Positions 44,401 to 57,100 of a stretch of 64,000 nucleotides of DNA are shown in pieces. Each line of letters begins with the position of its first letter. Position 1 is the stretch's first letter. Position numbers and translations under genes: made by a program. Under the pieces are notes generated by a model, which saw nothing but the letters and a program-made list of their open reading frames with translations, was not told where the DNA came from and did not search any database. The stretch comes from Balanoglossus misakiensis. Lineage: Eukaryota > Animalia > Hemichordata. The stretch is taken from assembly GCA_040954595.2 (NCBI GenBank), contig CM082580.2, positions 14,212,389 to 14,276,388 on the forward strand, given 5' to 3'.

Positions 44401-47400
44401 TTTGGGAATATTCCCATCCTCGAAAAGAAGACGAGAAATTTCGGGTGTAATGGGTTTGCACGACCACCTGATCCCCATGCTTATAATACAAAGGCTAGAG
44501 CATCGGCAACGAGACAAGGGATCACGTAGAGCCGACGGCGTTTACATACACCGACTTCATCATTTTGCAGCAAATTGGCGACAAATTAGCGTGTTTATGT
44601 CTCTACTGAGGAAACTCAGTCCCCCCAAAAAGTGTAAGTAAAATGACTCAGTATTATTTTATTAATTCCTTCGCTCAGCTAAACGCATTGGTTGGATTAG
44701 TAAATTGGCGAGGCATTGATATTTGGCCTGAATGCGCCCAAGTACGGCAAAATTATGATTTCAAGGTATAGAGGTTGAGCGTGTACTCTAAGTTCACAGA
44801 CGGTGACAGAATACAAACTCCCTTGTCATACTGGCCACGCTGTAGCGCACGCTGCATCATAGCACATTGACACACGCTGCTCTCGATGTGTATCACATTT
44901 GTACCGAGTGGTCGCCGAGAGTCCGGCGATAAGTGAACTTCGGAAACAATCAATCGCCAAAGCTTTACGCTGCTTCCGAGTCAAAAGCAATGTCCAATCA
45001 GTTGACTAACCAGACTTATTGTACACGCACACTGAAGAAATTGACCCGGCCCTATTCATACGTTAGGGATCTCTCAATTGTTCCACATTGACTCAGAATG
45101 CACCGTGTTTTATTTCCACTCTATTGACACGACGGGAGTAATGTTTAGATTCAGCACAAATTTACGATTTTTGATTAAACTGAAACGAATTAGTTGTAAC
45201 ACTATATGGTGGCAATTTTCATATTGGCTCCGGATATTTGGAGTGTTTGTGTATAATTAGCCCTGCGTATCCTGGAGTTGCACTGACAATTATATAGGGT
45301 CGGATGAAATTCGCCCTTCATGGCGTTTAGATACCTGAACAAAAACACACAGTCGACAATGAAATATAACAAAGCAGGGACTGGAGTGAATGAGATGACG
45401 TGCTGAGGTATATTTCCGTGGAGTAGAAATATTTTCAGAGGAACAAGATGAGGATCTTTGTTGCGGAAACCTTTAGTTGACTGATTTGTATTCATACTCA
45501 GAATCGCATTTTAGATTGATCATAATGTGATTACTCATTGACAATGTCTTTCTCGGATGACGAGATAACGCGTCCCATTTCATTTGCATAATTTCATAAC
45601 TTGGGCGCAAAATCTGATTAGTCTGGTAGTCTGGGCTTTTCGCCTTTGACGGTTTTCCGACACTCATTACTAACACCAACGCGCCTGTCAACTCATCTCA
45701 TCGGGTTACTGACCGACCGCTCCCTTGTTGTCCAAATATTGTTAAAAACCGTACAAGCGCCAGAATAATTTTCAGACGGGTTTCCATCACTCGTACCAGT
45801 TGTCGTACGACAGAAATGACAAAGCCGGAATATATTTTACACAAATTCACGCGCGTTCACTCGACCCCGCTGACGTCATTCTCCCCCTCCCCAGTGGAGT
45901 ATTCTGCAAACTGCCGCTAATCGGCTCGGTAACTGCGCTGTGCTCAACACAATAGAGACATCCACATAGAAGAATTATTTCCAACTCGGTGCATTTTTCA
46001 ACGTAATTTCTTGTGACAACGGCGCACCTGTTATTCTTGTAGGAGGGTGGAACGCAATCCCGGAGCGACTCCTAGCGAAAAAGATGCATTTATCAGAAAT
46101 GTGCCCCCTCGAGAATCAGCTGATATCGGCATTGTCATTTCACATTTTTCTGAAATGGCAGTGGCTGAATGACCTTGTCTTAATGCGTTACTTTGAGCAA
46201 ACATTGCCTGTCCTATTCATTTGATAGTTGACTAATTTTGAACTAAAGTTTGAAAACAATTTAGGAATTGGCAGACGTGGCAGCGGTTATGCACGCACGT
46301 GCGATTACATTTAGCACCGACAAACTACAGCAAAACACAACATAACACTGGACACTTGACAAATCAGAAAATCTTCAATAACGTTGCATCACCAAATATG
46401 GATATCGTGTTTTCGAATAGCCTCTTGATTTCAAGGGGACTCGTCACCTGTCTTCGCAAAAGTACTAAATTAGGAAGACGGAACAAAATGTGTTCTTTTA
46501 TGGGCACAGCATATAATTCTGACCAATACTAAAATGATAAATACGTGAAAAACGCGCCCTGATTCCGATTTGTGGGTGCACATCATTGTATCGAGAGATC
46601 ACACTCCAGTGAGAAATTGAAACCACGTTCACCACAAAATAAAACCGCCGATATTAAAAGCACAAACAGCAGAATTTTTTCCCATCGGAAATTTCAAAGC
46701 ACTATAAGAAGCAATATGCCACTCTTGGCGGGATTTCGTGCAACAGACGGTACACTATCCCCTCCAAGCCAATCTTAGTTTTTAACCATATCCGGAAGAT
46801 CTGGATGCTATCGAATCACCGATGTCCTTCGAGGCAGACTGGGCGGGTCGCGTGTTTGGGATTTCTCTCTACATTTGTGTGAGGAGTGAAGTATTCCACT
46901 GAAGATGCAGTATACTTCATTTCCATATGGGGGGGGGAGGGGGGGGGGGCAAACTCCCAACCTGGCCCGGCTGCAACGATGCACCCGCAAGAAAAAGTCG
47001 CATCTCGAGAGAAAAAAAAAGAATAGAAATGTTTGCACCTTTTATCCGACTTTGATACTTTCGACGGTAACGGATAAAAACTGTATAATTGTTCAAATGA
47101 GGAGAAAACGTAAAATCCTGGATTAAAGGTCTCTCGCGATTAAAATTTCGAAGTATATATTTGAAAGTCGATGTTTAGTCAAGTGTAAAATCAAAAGACG
47201 GGTTGTGTGCAAGATATAGCCGCCGTGCCCATTGTTCGTACGCGGGACTCCCTGTACAGCGCTTGGCTGGTGGTGCGACCTTAATAACTGTCACAAGTCT
47301 ATGTTCTTGAAACAATACGACAACGATTAGTTTGACAGGTCAAGTATCTTCTGAATGCAATCGCACAGCCCGACCAATCCGCAAACAATGGAGTCCACTT

Positions 47401-49700
47401 CATTAATTCTATCGACGCTATCTTTCTCATCCGCCGGTCAAGTGTTTTTTTGGTGTTTTCCCTACCCTCCCTTCCCGTTTTATATATCTTTTTCCCAAAA
47501 GGCTTATCAAGGCCCTAATGTGGCCTCTCACTTTCACTTATGACGTCAGACATTCACGCCAGATTTTACATCTGCCATAACTTCGTCATTTTCAAAACTG
47601 GTCGATAACGAAGCCGCGCTATTATGTGTAGATGCTTTATCGTAGATTTATGTTCATTCTGTGTGACATATTAACTAATTTTCGCCCGAAGATCAATTCT
47701 CATCGTCACCCAGGAATTATATTGACATTAGTCAGAGAAAAAATGGCGAGAGAGAGACAGTGTATGAAAAGCATAAAGCTACGACTTAATCCCCCTGTTT
47801 TACGATCTAATACATTGCAAATCGATATTCATAATTGTAACGAGCCGGGCGAGAGGGAGAGGTGGAATTTGTATCCCTGCCAACAGAGGACATGGGGGTT
47901 CCATTTAGTCTGTTGCGTCACGTGACCGCAATTGTAATTTGAAGTTCGATTTCATTTGTGGACAGGCCCTTTGTCTTCGGATGGGCAATTTTCCCGACAT
48001 GTTCCACTGCACGTGGCTATCCCGCTATTCTCTTTATGCAGACAGGTAAACCCTATCGCCTGCTCCTTTCGCCCTCGCCGTTCAGTCTCGTTCAATAAAG
48101 CACCGACTGGAAATGTTTGGAAACAAAACAGGAGCAGCGGGTTGACAAAAAAAGAGTCGTTCGTTTCTTTAGTGCATGGAATTTTTATACAATATCACGG
48201 CACAAGTTGATGAAACTTTAAAACTCGATATGTTCTGGTGAGGCATAGAAATAATCACATGTCGACAAGGCGTAGTGAGTAATTGCAACCCATTTTGTTT
48301 TCTGTCGAGAGGTAGCTACAGGCAAGAGACTGGAATGCGTATAATTCAGACCACTTTTCCGTGACCTGTGTTGATTTTTAGATCGATGAAATGACGCTAG
48401 TTTAATCTCCCTGATTAGCAAAGTACCGGTACTTGTGTAAAACGAGCCCTCGGGCAATTAAAAATGAATCAACGTGAATCCGCTTGTCGCTGCACATTAG
48501 TGAGTGAAGAAAGAGCCCTGACTAAGATTTGGTTCTTGCCAGACACAGTGCAGAAATTTGCACGCGAAGTGTTCTCAGAATATTCCAAATTAACAATACA
48601 TGTAATTCCATTCATCCACCTGGCACTGAAAGTTGCACGTGTCCTGAAAAGCACCGACCAATCAAAATTTAACTCAAATTAAATCTTTTGTTTTATGGCG
48701 TTATTCTTGAACGTCGCGGGGGAAAGAATTACGCACATTAACACGCAAAGGTTGGTATTTCACAGCGTGTGGTACAAACTTTTTTAGCGGAATTCTAAAA
48801 CGAGTCGCATAAAAATCGTCCCACGCGAGTTAATTCGGGCTATACTGTTCAAAAACGACGGGATACAGATAAACGTTTGTAGGGGGTTGGCGTCAGCACC
48901 CGCGTGTAAGCCTATCCGTAAATTGCCGAATTCAAAAGCTCTCGTTGATAATGATATTCATTCATAATATTCAGCTTTGAACTATCGCCGTAGTTTGATC
49001 TACGAGACCGTGACAAGTCTACGATAACCCGTTTTTTTCTCTTCTGATAGCAAATCTGTGCACACAACCGTTTTTCCAAATTTGGGTTTACCGTGTCCCC
49101 GTCTGTGGCAGTTTTGTGGGTCATAATACAGTTTGATATCAAGACCTCATACTGCGGTAACAAGCGGTTAGTTCTTTTTATTGATATTACATTGACTGAT
49201 GAAAGTGAACCCTCCTTCTGGCTGCATTTAATTTTCAAGCTCTTTGCTGTACGCGGAGTACAAAAAGAGTTCACGCACGTTTTAACGTGTATCTATTGTT
49301 CCCCTCTTGCGTTCATGTGTTGCGGTAAATTACTCCTTTGTTCAAGTTTTGTCAGAGAGCGAGAGGGAGAGGAGGAGGAAGGGGGGGGGGGGAGAGAGAG
49401 AGATAAAAAAAACTACAAAATACAACAGCACTTCCGAGATCCCGGATGAATAACAAGCAAGTGGTATAACCTGGCATGATTGGGGTTGTAAGCATCCACC
49501 ATTGATTGTCACCAAACTTTAAGATTTTGGAGACGCGCGTCTACTGTCATGGGTACACTCGACGTTCTTTCCAACTAATCAAGTGTGATTATGAATCCGC
49601 TTTACCGTGGTTTAAATTCCTACTATTGTCTGGCGTTGCTCGGGCAAGACAAAAGGGGGATTTTCCTCTTTAAGTCCAGACAATGACTATGCAAACTTAA

Positions 49701-49704
<4 letters not shown>

Positions 49705-49762
<58 letters not shown>

Positions 49763-49778
49763 GAGAGAGAAAGAGAGA
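49705..49778. repeat. (GA)n microsatellite
   Basis: About 35 GA units with two interruptions. Confidence 0.97.
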
Positions 49779-52346
49779 AACCATTAAACAATTTCACAAA
49801 TTTATTTCATAGACAGATTCCCCATCAGGGCGCGGTTGTTTATCTCGCAGTAGTTCATGTGTAATTTAATCGAAGCCTCGCCAAAATTTGACGATAAGTC
49901 TAATATTACTCGCTGGGTTACCTTCAGGGAGCAAAGCTGCAGACGAAATCAGTCTCAATGCGATTGCAGTGCCCATGGGGGAATATTTATCAAGCTTATT
50001 TATTTGGCGAAACACCGACGCTCATTATTGGAAAATTTCCCCAAAGAGTTGTTAGAGAGTGTTCCCGCGGCAACCTGGAATTGCAAACCCAATAAAGGAT
50101 CTACACGGCCGAGCGATGACATGTCTGATCATACACTGCAAATAACCATCAAACTGTTTCCATAGACACCACTCCGAGGGACGTACCTATCTCTCAGGGA
50201 ATTTCCTAGAAACACGTCTTGTCGCCCCGCCTGGCTTGTAATACTTCATTTGCAAATTGCTTATTTGTTTATATTTAACAGGTGGCCTAACGGATTTGTG
50301 TTTATATTTTAGCGCCTTTTCTTTCTTCACGTCGCATTTGCAGTTTAGCGTTCGTAGTGTAAATATAGACAATCGTCTCTATCTTCTGTGACGTGTCTTT
50401 CTGTTCAAACAATTCAATCGACTTTCAAAACAAATATAGCAAAGTCAAATTAGATGGCTAGAGTTCAACCCGTTTCTGTTTTCATGGATGACTCGCAATT
50501 CAGTTTTCCAACAACTTGGCCATGGACGACAAAGACGAACGGAAAGATCCTATTCACAAACACAAAAAACTTGACAATTGCCATTACTTTATGCATGCAT
50601 ACTTCTTTGGTTCAGATGATTACATTTTGCGTTTTTGGTCTTCGCCACTTCAAAAGAAAAAGAATCAGATTATCGTTGTGAATAACCACAAAAGATCATT
50701 GAACATCCAAAAGAAGGATTTCAGTAACAAAGGTTTCCTATTGAAGCTAGACAACACCACGGGGAGAGATTTGTAAAAAAATGAAATAATTCGTCTGGTG
50801 CAAATCATTTTTGTTGCTGTTTGGAGTTTTTGGAAACGTTTTGAGAATAGATGACAAAAGTGTCCACCAACGACTGAACTGTTAAGAGTCTAGTATCCAT
50901 TATGGCGTGAACTTGGTACTTTTGCGCGTTCACTCTTGATTTAATTTCGATTTGGAAAATACAACATGGCACAAAGTAGGAACTCAATATTAGGACCACA
51001 TTAATATTCTTAGCTTTCTGGGTGAGTAGGTCTACTACATTAGGCAATGCGACGATTGAATGAGTTTGCGACAGAATGTTATATATTGTCACGGCCACCC
51101 ATTTCCCTAGTGGCCACCGTCATGTCGGAATAAATGGGCTTCACACACTGCTAACTGATATCGCTGTGTCAAATGACAAAGTTATTACCAATTTTCTGAA
51201 GTCTCAATATCAGTAAGCCACGTCATACACATGATATGATCCAGAGTATTGAAATTCCTTTCGTCGACATCCTCAATATCCGCTCGTCCGACTGACAATG
51301 CCATCTTGTCCTTTCAATGTGAAGGTTCTTTTGTTTCCGTCGCGAAGACGCGTGCTTGGCATGCAGCCGCGACAACTCCGGACAACAGAGATTATCACAA
51401 ATGAGGTGCAAAGTTCTGAAAGTTAGGACTCTCTTCCAAGTGAATAGAAAATAACAACTTGATTGCAAATGCTAATACGTCTTACGCCTTTTGTTCCATT
51501 TGATGATTTCCGAGGGAGGGGCTTTGTAAGCTGATCACAGCGAGGGGTTCGCTGGAAAGGAAAATTAAATTAGGGCCTCCATGAAATTGGTACAGGCCGG
51601 TTGGTCAGTTGGTCAGTTTCTTCCTCCGTGATTAAAACGATTCACTCGGGCCTTGGATGATCGTAGAGCTATGTAAGTTTGACGTAGCGCAGGAGTGTAG
51701 CTGGTCAGTTGAATTGGGCGCTCAGTTTGGGCAGGTTACGTCAATTCCCCTAAAGACTGTACTGACTGCTGTGAATATTGTTCAGCCCAGTTATCCGCCA
51801 CTTTGAATACGCACCATCGCAAAGAGTTCGCCAAAGGTGAGACCGATGTCTTAGAAGTCCGCAAAAGAACTCCAAAGGGCGAGTTTTATCATTTGTAATC
51901 GGTAAGATCACCGAAACCGAGTATTAATATGATAAGATACGACACGATATGATATGTTATTACATGACATACTACATATATCAGCCGCTACACCAAGACA
52001 GAAATTGATTTTTTCTGACGCATGGCTCAAAAGGAGTCAATTCCTATTCGCGTCAGGTTGACAACGCACACAAAAATGTTTTGCTTTGTTCGTAACAATA
52101 GCACCAGCCACAAATTTCACTCTCCACTGCCGTGGCTGCGTGTGTCATTCATGGTTTTGTATGCGATTCCTTTGTTTTGCATTCTGTGTGTGTGTCGCGT
52201 GAAGTGACAAGCGACAGGTTTTCCCAGATTGAAATAACGGTTCCATGCGAGTGCAGTGGCCGTCTCTCCACTCCACCTCTCCACGGGACAAACGCATCGT
52301 ATGCGTGTGTCTCTTGTCGTTTGCATGTTGTGTGTCTCATATCTTC

Positions 52347-52462
52347 CAAACCACCACCACCACCCTCGCCGCCGCCACCACCAAAACCACCACCACCACC
52401 ACCACCACCACCCTCGCCGCCGCCACCACCACCAAAACCACCACCATCATCATCATCATCAT
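52347..52462. repeat. Compound (CAC)n/(CGC)n/(CAT)n trinucleotide repeat with a duplicated higher-order unit
   Basis: Two copies of (CAC)n-CCTCGCCGCCG-(CCA)n-AAA followed by (CAT)n, about 600 bp upstream of the NeuroD ATG. Confidence 0.9.
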
Positions 52463-53071
52463 AGACACTCGATGTATTGTTCTATACAGAAATTGTATTT
52501 GTTTGACAAACTGAGTTCCTTTCCATTCTATCACAATCGTTCACAAGAATATTCCTCCCGGGGTTTCCTGGTCACATTTCGCTTAAACTCCGCTAAGCTT
52601 TACTCTTCTTCAACCTATTACTTCCGCGTAAATCCGGTAGAACGCATTAGATATCATGAGCCTCAGTAAATCGGCCATGGTGTCAGGTGTGCTGTGAGTA
52701 ACACCGAACATCTCTGAGCTCACATTCATCACTGTTACGTTGCAGACCACAAAAACTCGTCATTAGGCGCGGTAGGTGATACACGCGAATACTAAGTGAG
52801 TTTTGCGTCAAATAAACTCGGGTGACTCAGCGACTTAGTAGACACCTCCAGCATCAAATTATAAACGCAGACAATACGTCTCATCGACGGTTGTGCCAAT
52901 TACATTAGCACCATTTCAATCTCACATCCCATTTTACAGCGTTCATGACATTACTTAATTTGGTTTCGTGTCGTTTTTTCTTCTTCACCAGATTGCAACT
53001 AGAATCCGGAGGAAGGTAATAAACCGAACGAGGGTGAAATTACTTGAAGTTGCTTTGTGTGCGCGTGGAGT

Positions 53072-54178
53072 ATGCCCAGTGCTGTAGTCAAACAGACAAA
53101 GATGAAGTCCAAAGATATCTACTGCTTGGATGCCATCGATGAAACTTCGGAGGGTGAGGAACTGGTTTCCGAAGAAGAATGTCCCGAATCGGAACCAACA
53201 ACCAGGAAAAGTAAGAAAGAGTACACACTGCGCAGGCGCAATGCGACAGGAAAGCAGAAGGCCGACTCCGGCGAAAAACCAACCCCGAAGAGAAGAGGTC
53301 CCAAAAAGAAGCGAATGACAAAAGCGAGGATATTGAAATTTAAACAGCGACGGGTGAAAGCGAACGCGCGCGAAAGGAACCGCATGCACGGCTTGAACGA
53401 GGCTCTGGACACTCTTCGAGAAGTCGTCCCTTGCTACTCGAAGACGCAAAAGCTCTCCAAAATTGAGACTCTCCGACTGGCCAAAAATTACATCTCGGCA
53501 CTGTCGAATATTTTGGAATCAGACACGGTGCCTGATACGGTTAGCTTCGCACAGACATTGTCCAAGGGTCTGTCTCAACCAACCACGAATCTGGTTGCTG
53601 GCTGCATGCAACTGAATCCGAGGACTCTTCTACCAGAATCAACGACGTGCAAACAATTCAATTTCAGTTTCTGGCCGGAGAAGTCAAACTTTGAACCCGC
53701 AATGCTCGGCACCGTTGACACCAGCAGTAATGTGATACTCAATTTCTTGGAAGCGAAGTTAAACGGAACATTTTCGCCGACATCATCAAAGGACGAAGAC
53801 ATCAGCGAAAACAGCCAATTCAGTGGATGCGACGGAGGCAGTCAGAACTCATCGTACCACGGGAAGATGAACTACTTCCCGGTCATGTCCAAGGAGAATA
53901 TAGAGTCGGCTCGCAACTCACCACAGGTGCCACTGGCGTCGCAAGATACTTTTCAAAACATCGCAGCCATGATGAACACACCCACCGCCCATTTCATCCA
54001 CAATATGGGCATGAACTTGAACTCCCTGCGAAAAGTAACCGACGACGCGCCATCCCATTGTGATATCTCGCTCGAAGACTTCGTGCACTACGACGGTCCG
54101 TCCACCCTCGGTCTCGTCGAGCAAGGCATTCATATCGGCGTCTTGGATGGCGGGGCAGACGCTGTCTTTGACAGCTGA
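53072..54178 (+). CDS. NeuroD: Neurogenic differentiation factor NeuroD (atonal-group bHLH), single coding exon
   Basis: [14 protein letters not shown]...[56 protein letters not shown] plus the Neuro_bHLH extension [28 protein letters not shown]. First ATG at 53072 (the ORF track starts at a TTG). Polypyrimidine tract and AG acceptor at ~52991 imply an upstream noncoding exon, as in vertebrate NeuroD genes. Confidence 0.97.
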   Translation: MPSAVVKQTKMKSKDIYCLDAIDETSEGEELVSEEECPESEPTTRKSKKEYTLRRRNATGKQKADSGEKPTPKRRGPKKKRMTKARILKFKQRRVKANARERNRMHGLNEALDTLREVVPCYSKTQKLSKIETLRLAKNYISALSNILESDTVPDTVSFAQTLSKGLSQPTTNLVAGCMQLNPRTLLPESTTCKQFNFSFWPEKSNFEPAMLGTVDTSSNVILNFLEAKLNGTFSPTSSKDEDISENSQFSGCDGGSQNSSYHGKMNYFPVMSKENIESARNSPQVPLASQDTFQNIAAMMNTPTAHFIHNMGMNLNSLRKVTDDAPSHCDISLEDFVHYDGPSTLGLVEQGIHIGVLDGGADAVFDS

Positions 54179-57100
54179 ACTCTGACACACTCCGCTAAAA
54201 CCTTGAAATTACACCGTTCTTGTATGTGCAATCCATGTGTGTAGGCTTGACATTGCTTAGCTCTATGTGGCTCTAAGTTTACGATAAACTTCACACAACC
54301 CTTATACTTCTAAGATATTCAGAGATATAGAATACCATAGATATACATGTATGTTGCCCAATATGGCCTTTTTGCAACTCAAGGTGTAACTACTGCTTTA
54401 TAACAAGTATATGATTTATTTTTAACCGAGAGAAATGTATTTTGTCTGACTTTATATCGAAAACCGAGTAAAAATGAATGTTTTATTTTATACTGTAGAT
54501 TCCGCCCTGTGCCTTTCAGAAAAAAAATGTACTGCAGTTCTCTAAGCCGTGATAGCTGTCTATCGTCTTCTACAGGGAACGTGTTAATTTTACAACGTGC
54601 ATCACAAAGGAAGGGCCCGTGTTTGATTTATGTGGCCACCGTTGATGTATTGGATAGACGTGATACTTTGACAGCGGGGTGAACTGTGTGATTCAAAGTG
54701 CTCTCACTTTTTTAATAACATTTCAATATCGTCAGGGTAAGACGAATTTACGGCGGAATTTTTTGAAAAAATTGGTCCTGTCTTTCTGTGACAAATTCGC
54801 AGGGCGGTTATGACTTCTAACACAAGCTTGAAATTTCGAACAAAAAAGGGGGGAAATGGAGAAAAGTGAGTGGCGTTGATGGGCCCATCTGTCGATTGTG
54901 ATTCTGAAATCAACGGGAGTGTGGTTTCCTCGCTCTCGTACCAGGTGCGTGCACTCCAGCGTTAATTGGTTTTAACTCCCAAATCATATTTGGTATGCAT
55001 AAAAAAATTGATGGGCCCTAATTTGATTATGATTAGCACGGGTCTACCGCGTTTATGTGTAATCACTCGGGCGACACAAGTATTATTCCCTGCATAGAAA
55101 AGGGGTGTAGTAGTGTGGAGGCAAAAGACGCGCACGATATCCACCGTGTTAGTGTGACAGCAGCGCTTGCACCTTTAATGCGTGCATCAGTGAGACACTG
55201 AGTGGCGCACGCTGATTAATCAATCTTTTAGTAGCAATCCCGAAATGCTGAGAAACGAGTGCACACATCGCCGCACGTACCCAAAGGAGCAATGTCTGTT
55301 GTGTTTTAACAATGTCATTGGACTTGGAAAAAAAAAGCCTAGAATCACCTAGCCATTTCTTCCGCGGTTCACTAGGAAACACAAAGGGACGAGATTTTAA
55401 TGAGAACGTGTTAGCAACCAGGGTGACAAATCTCCCAGAATGCTCTGCGATGTTTGATGATTTTTAAGAGAACATCAATGAAACGCAGATCGCACAGCGG
55501 TCGATCGAAACCCCTTCACCTGACCCAGTCGCCTAGCAACCGTTTCTATTAATGGAACTTTCTGGCTTAAATACGCACGTAATTTGGAAATGTTGAAGAG
55601 TTGCCCTTAACTTGTCCATTTATTCTGGGTCCACTCTAGTTTGTTTATTAATTTACAATGTCAGTCGGTTCTAATGACATTAAAACAGTTATTTCAAAAA
55701 GAGAGAAAGAAACAGCTCACGAGCATGATTGCATTTTGTCATAAATCACGTTTGGAGTAAGATAAAGTAGTTGAAACTCTTGTGGAAAAAGACGAGTGGG
55801 TACGTGCAAACCGTGACTTACATGTAAAAGGGGAGATCGGGATTAAAAGAAACTGATCGTATGTGAAATGGGTAGTGTAGAGAAGTCTCAAATTTTGAAG
55901 CCGTAATCCAAACACTCAGAACGGCACGCCACCAAGGAGTACATATTTTGTCTGACTCGCGTGTCGTGCAATCACGTGCCTAAAAGTTGCCTGGCAACCA
56001 AGTCACATACCCGGATTTCGATGAACCTCAGCAGACTTTATGCACTTTGTAATCACTGCGTCATCAGTCTCGCCGATGACCACAACTAACTTGCCAAAGT
56101 TTCAAAACGAAATGAATAGAAGCGATCGTTCCCATTGTTGTATGATGCCTTTTGTGCCTACTGAGGCTACTCGGTTACACACGACCAGAAGTAAAAAAAT
56201 AAATCAAACAGAAACCGCCTTAATTTCTGATTTGGCCTTTAGCTTTTCGATGGAGGAGTTTTTTTTTTTTAAAAAGTACCCTAACTCCTTGATATAGAGA
56301 TAACTAAAACGTTCTTTGTATAACATTTTTATAACAAATGTTTTATTTTCCCAGATGTTTAATTTATTACTTTCATACTTTGATATATTACATCATTCTG
56401 TAATCCACCGCTTATAAAGCTACTGTGCGTCACACGTTCTCTATGGAGGCAAATATCAGTAGATTTTGTAGAGACTAGTTTGTGGCTTTGTGAGTGTGCG
56501 CATTTTCAAAGAAAGTTGATAACTGTATATGATATTAAACTTTCTGCAAAGAGGCAAATAAAATTTCTTTATAGAACAATACGACGAGTGACTTATCATT
56601 ATTAATGTTGTTGTCATCATCATTATCATCGTCGTTGAAGTTCTGACATTTTCGTGAAAACTCTGTCAATCAGACATGCTCGGGCGTACTGACGACGAAC
56701 GACAAAAAAACCCCAGCGCAATACGATTTTGTGATAGCTTGTCCCATTTGATAACCTTCAACTTGCCTGTGTGTATCAGTAGACTAAACAGGGATGGAAC
56801 ACAAGACTCGCCCGAGACCGAATCAGAATATTAAGCCTATGTACGAAGCATAACGGTCGGTCAAAATCTTTTAATTATATGAATTAATCTACTCAAGAAG
56901 CCCTTATCGAGAAAAGATTTGAAACCAAACAAAAACGATCCACAACAATCATATACAATGAAAGTCCCCCTTTTATCAAGTTAGCCCGTTAACGTGCTCG
57001 CCCCCTACTGTCTTCCAACGTTTGGCACGTATACAATTCAACACACGCACACACACATACACGCCACTTAGCAGCGAAAAAACTCTTAGACAGCAGAAAC

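Noticed and set aside
52132-52669. Poly-Pro, poly-His and poly-Thr ORFs upstream of NeuroD
   Set aside because: All frames are products of the CAC/CAT trinucleotide repeat, and none joins the NeuroD frame.
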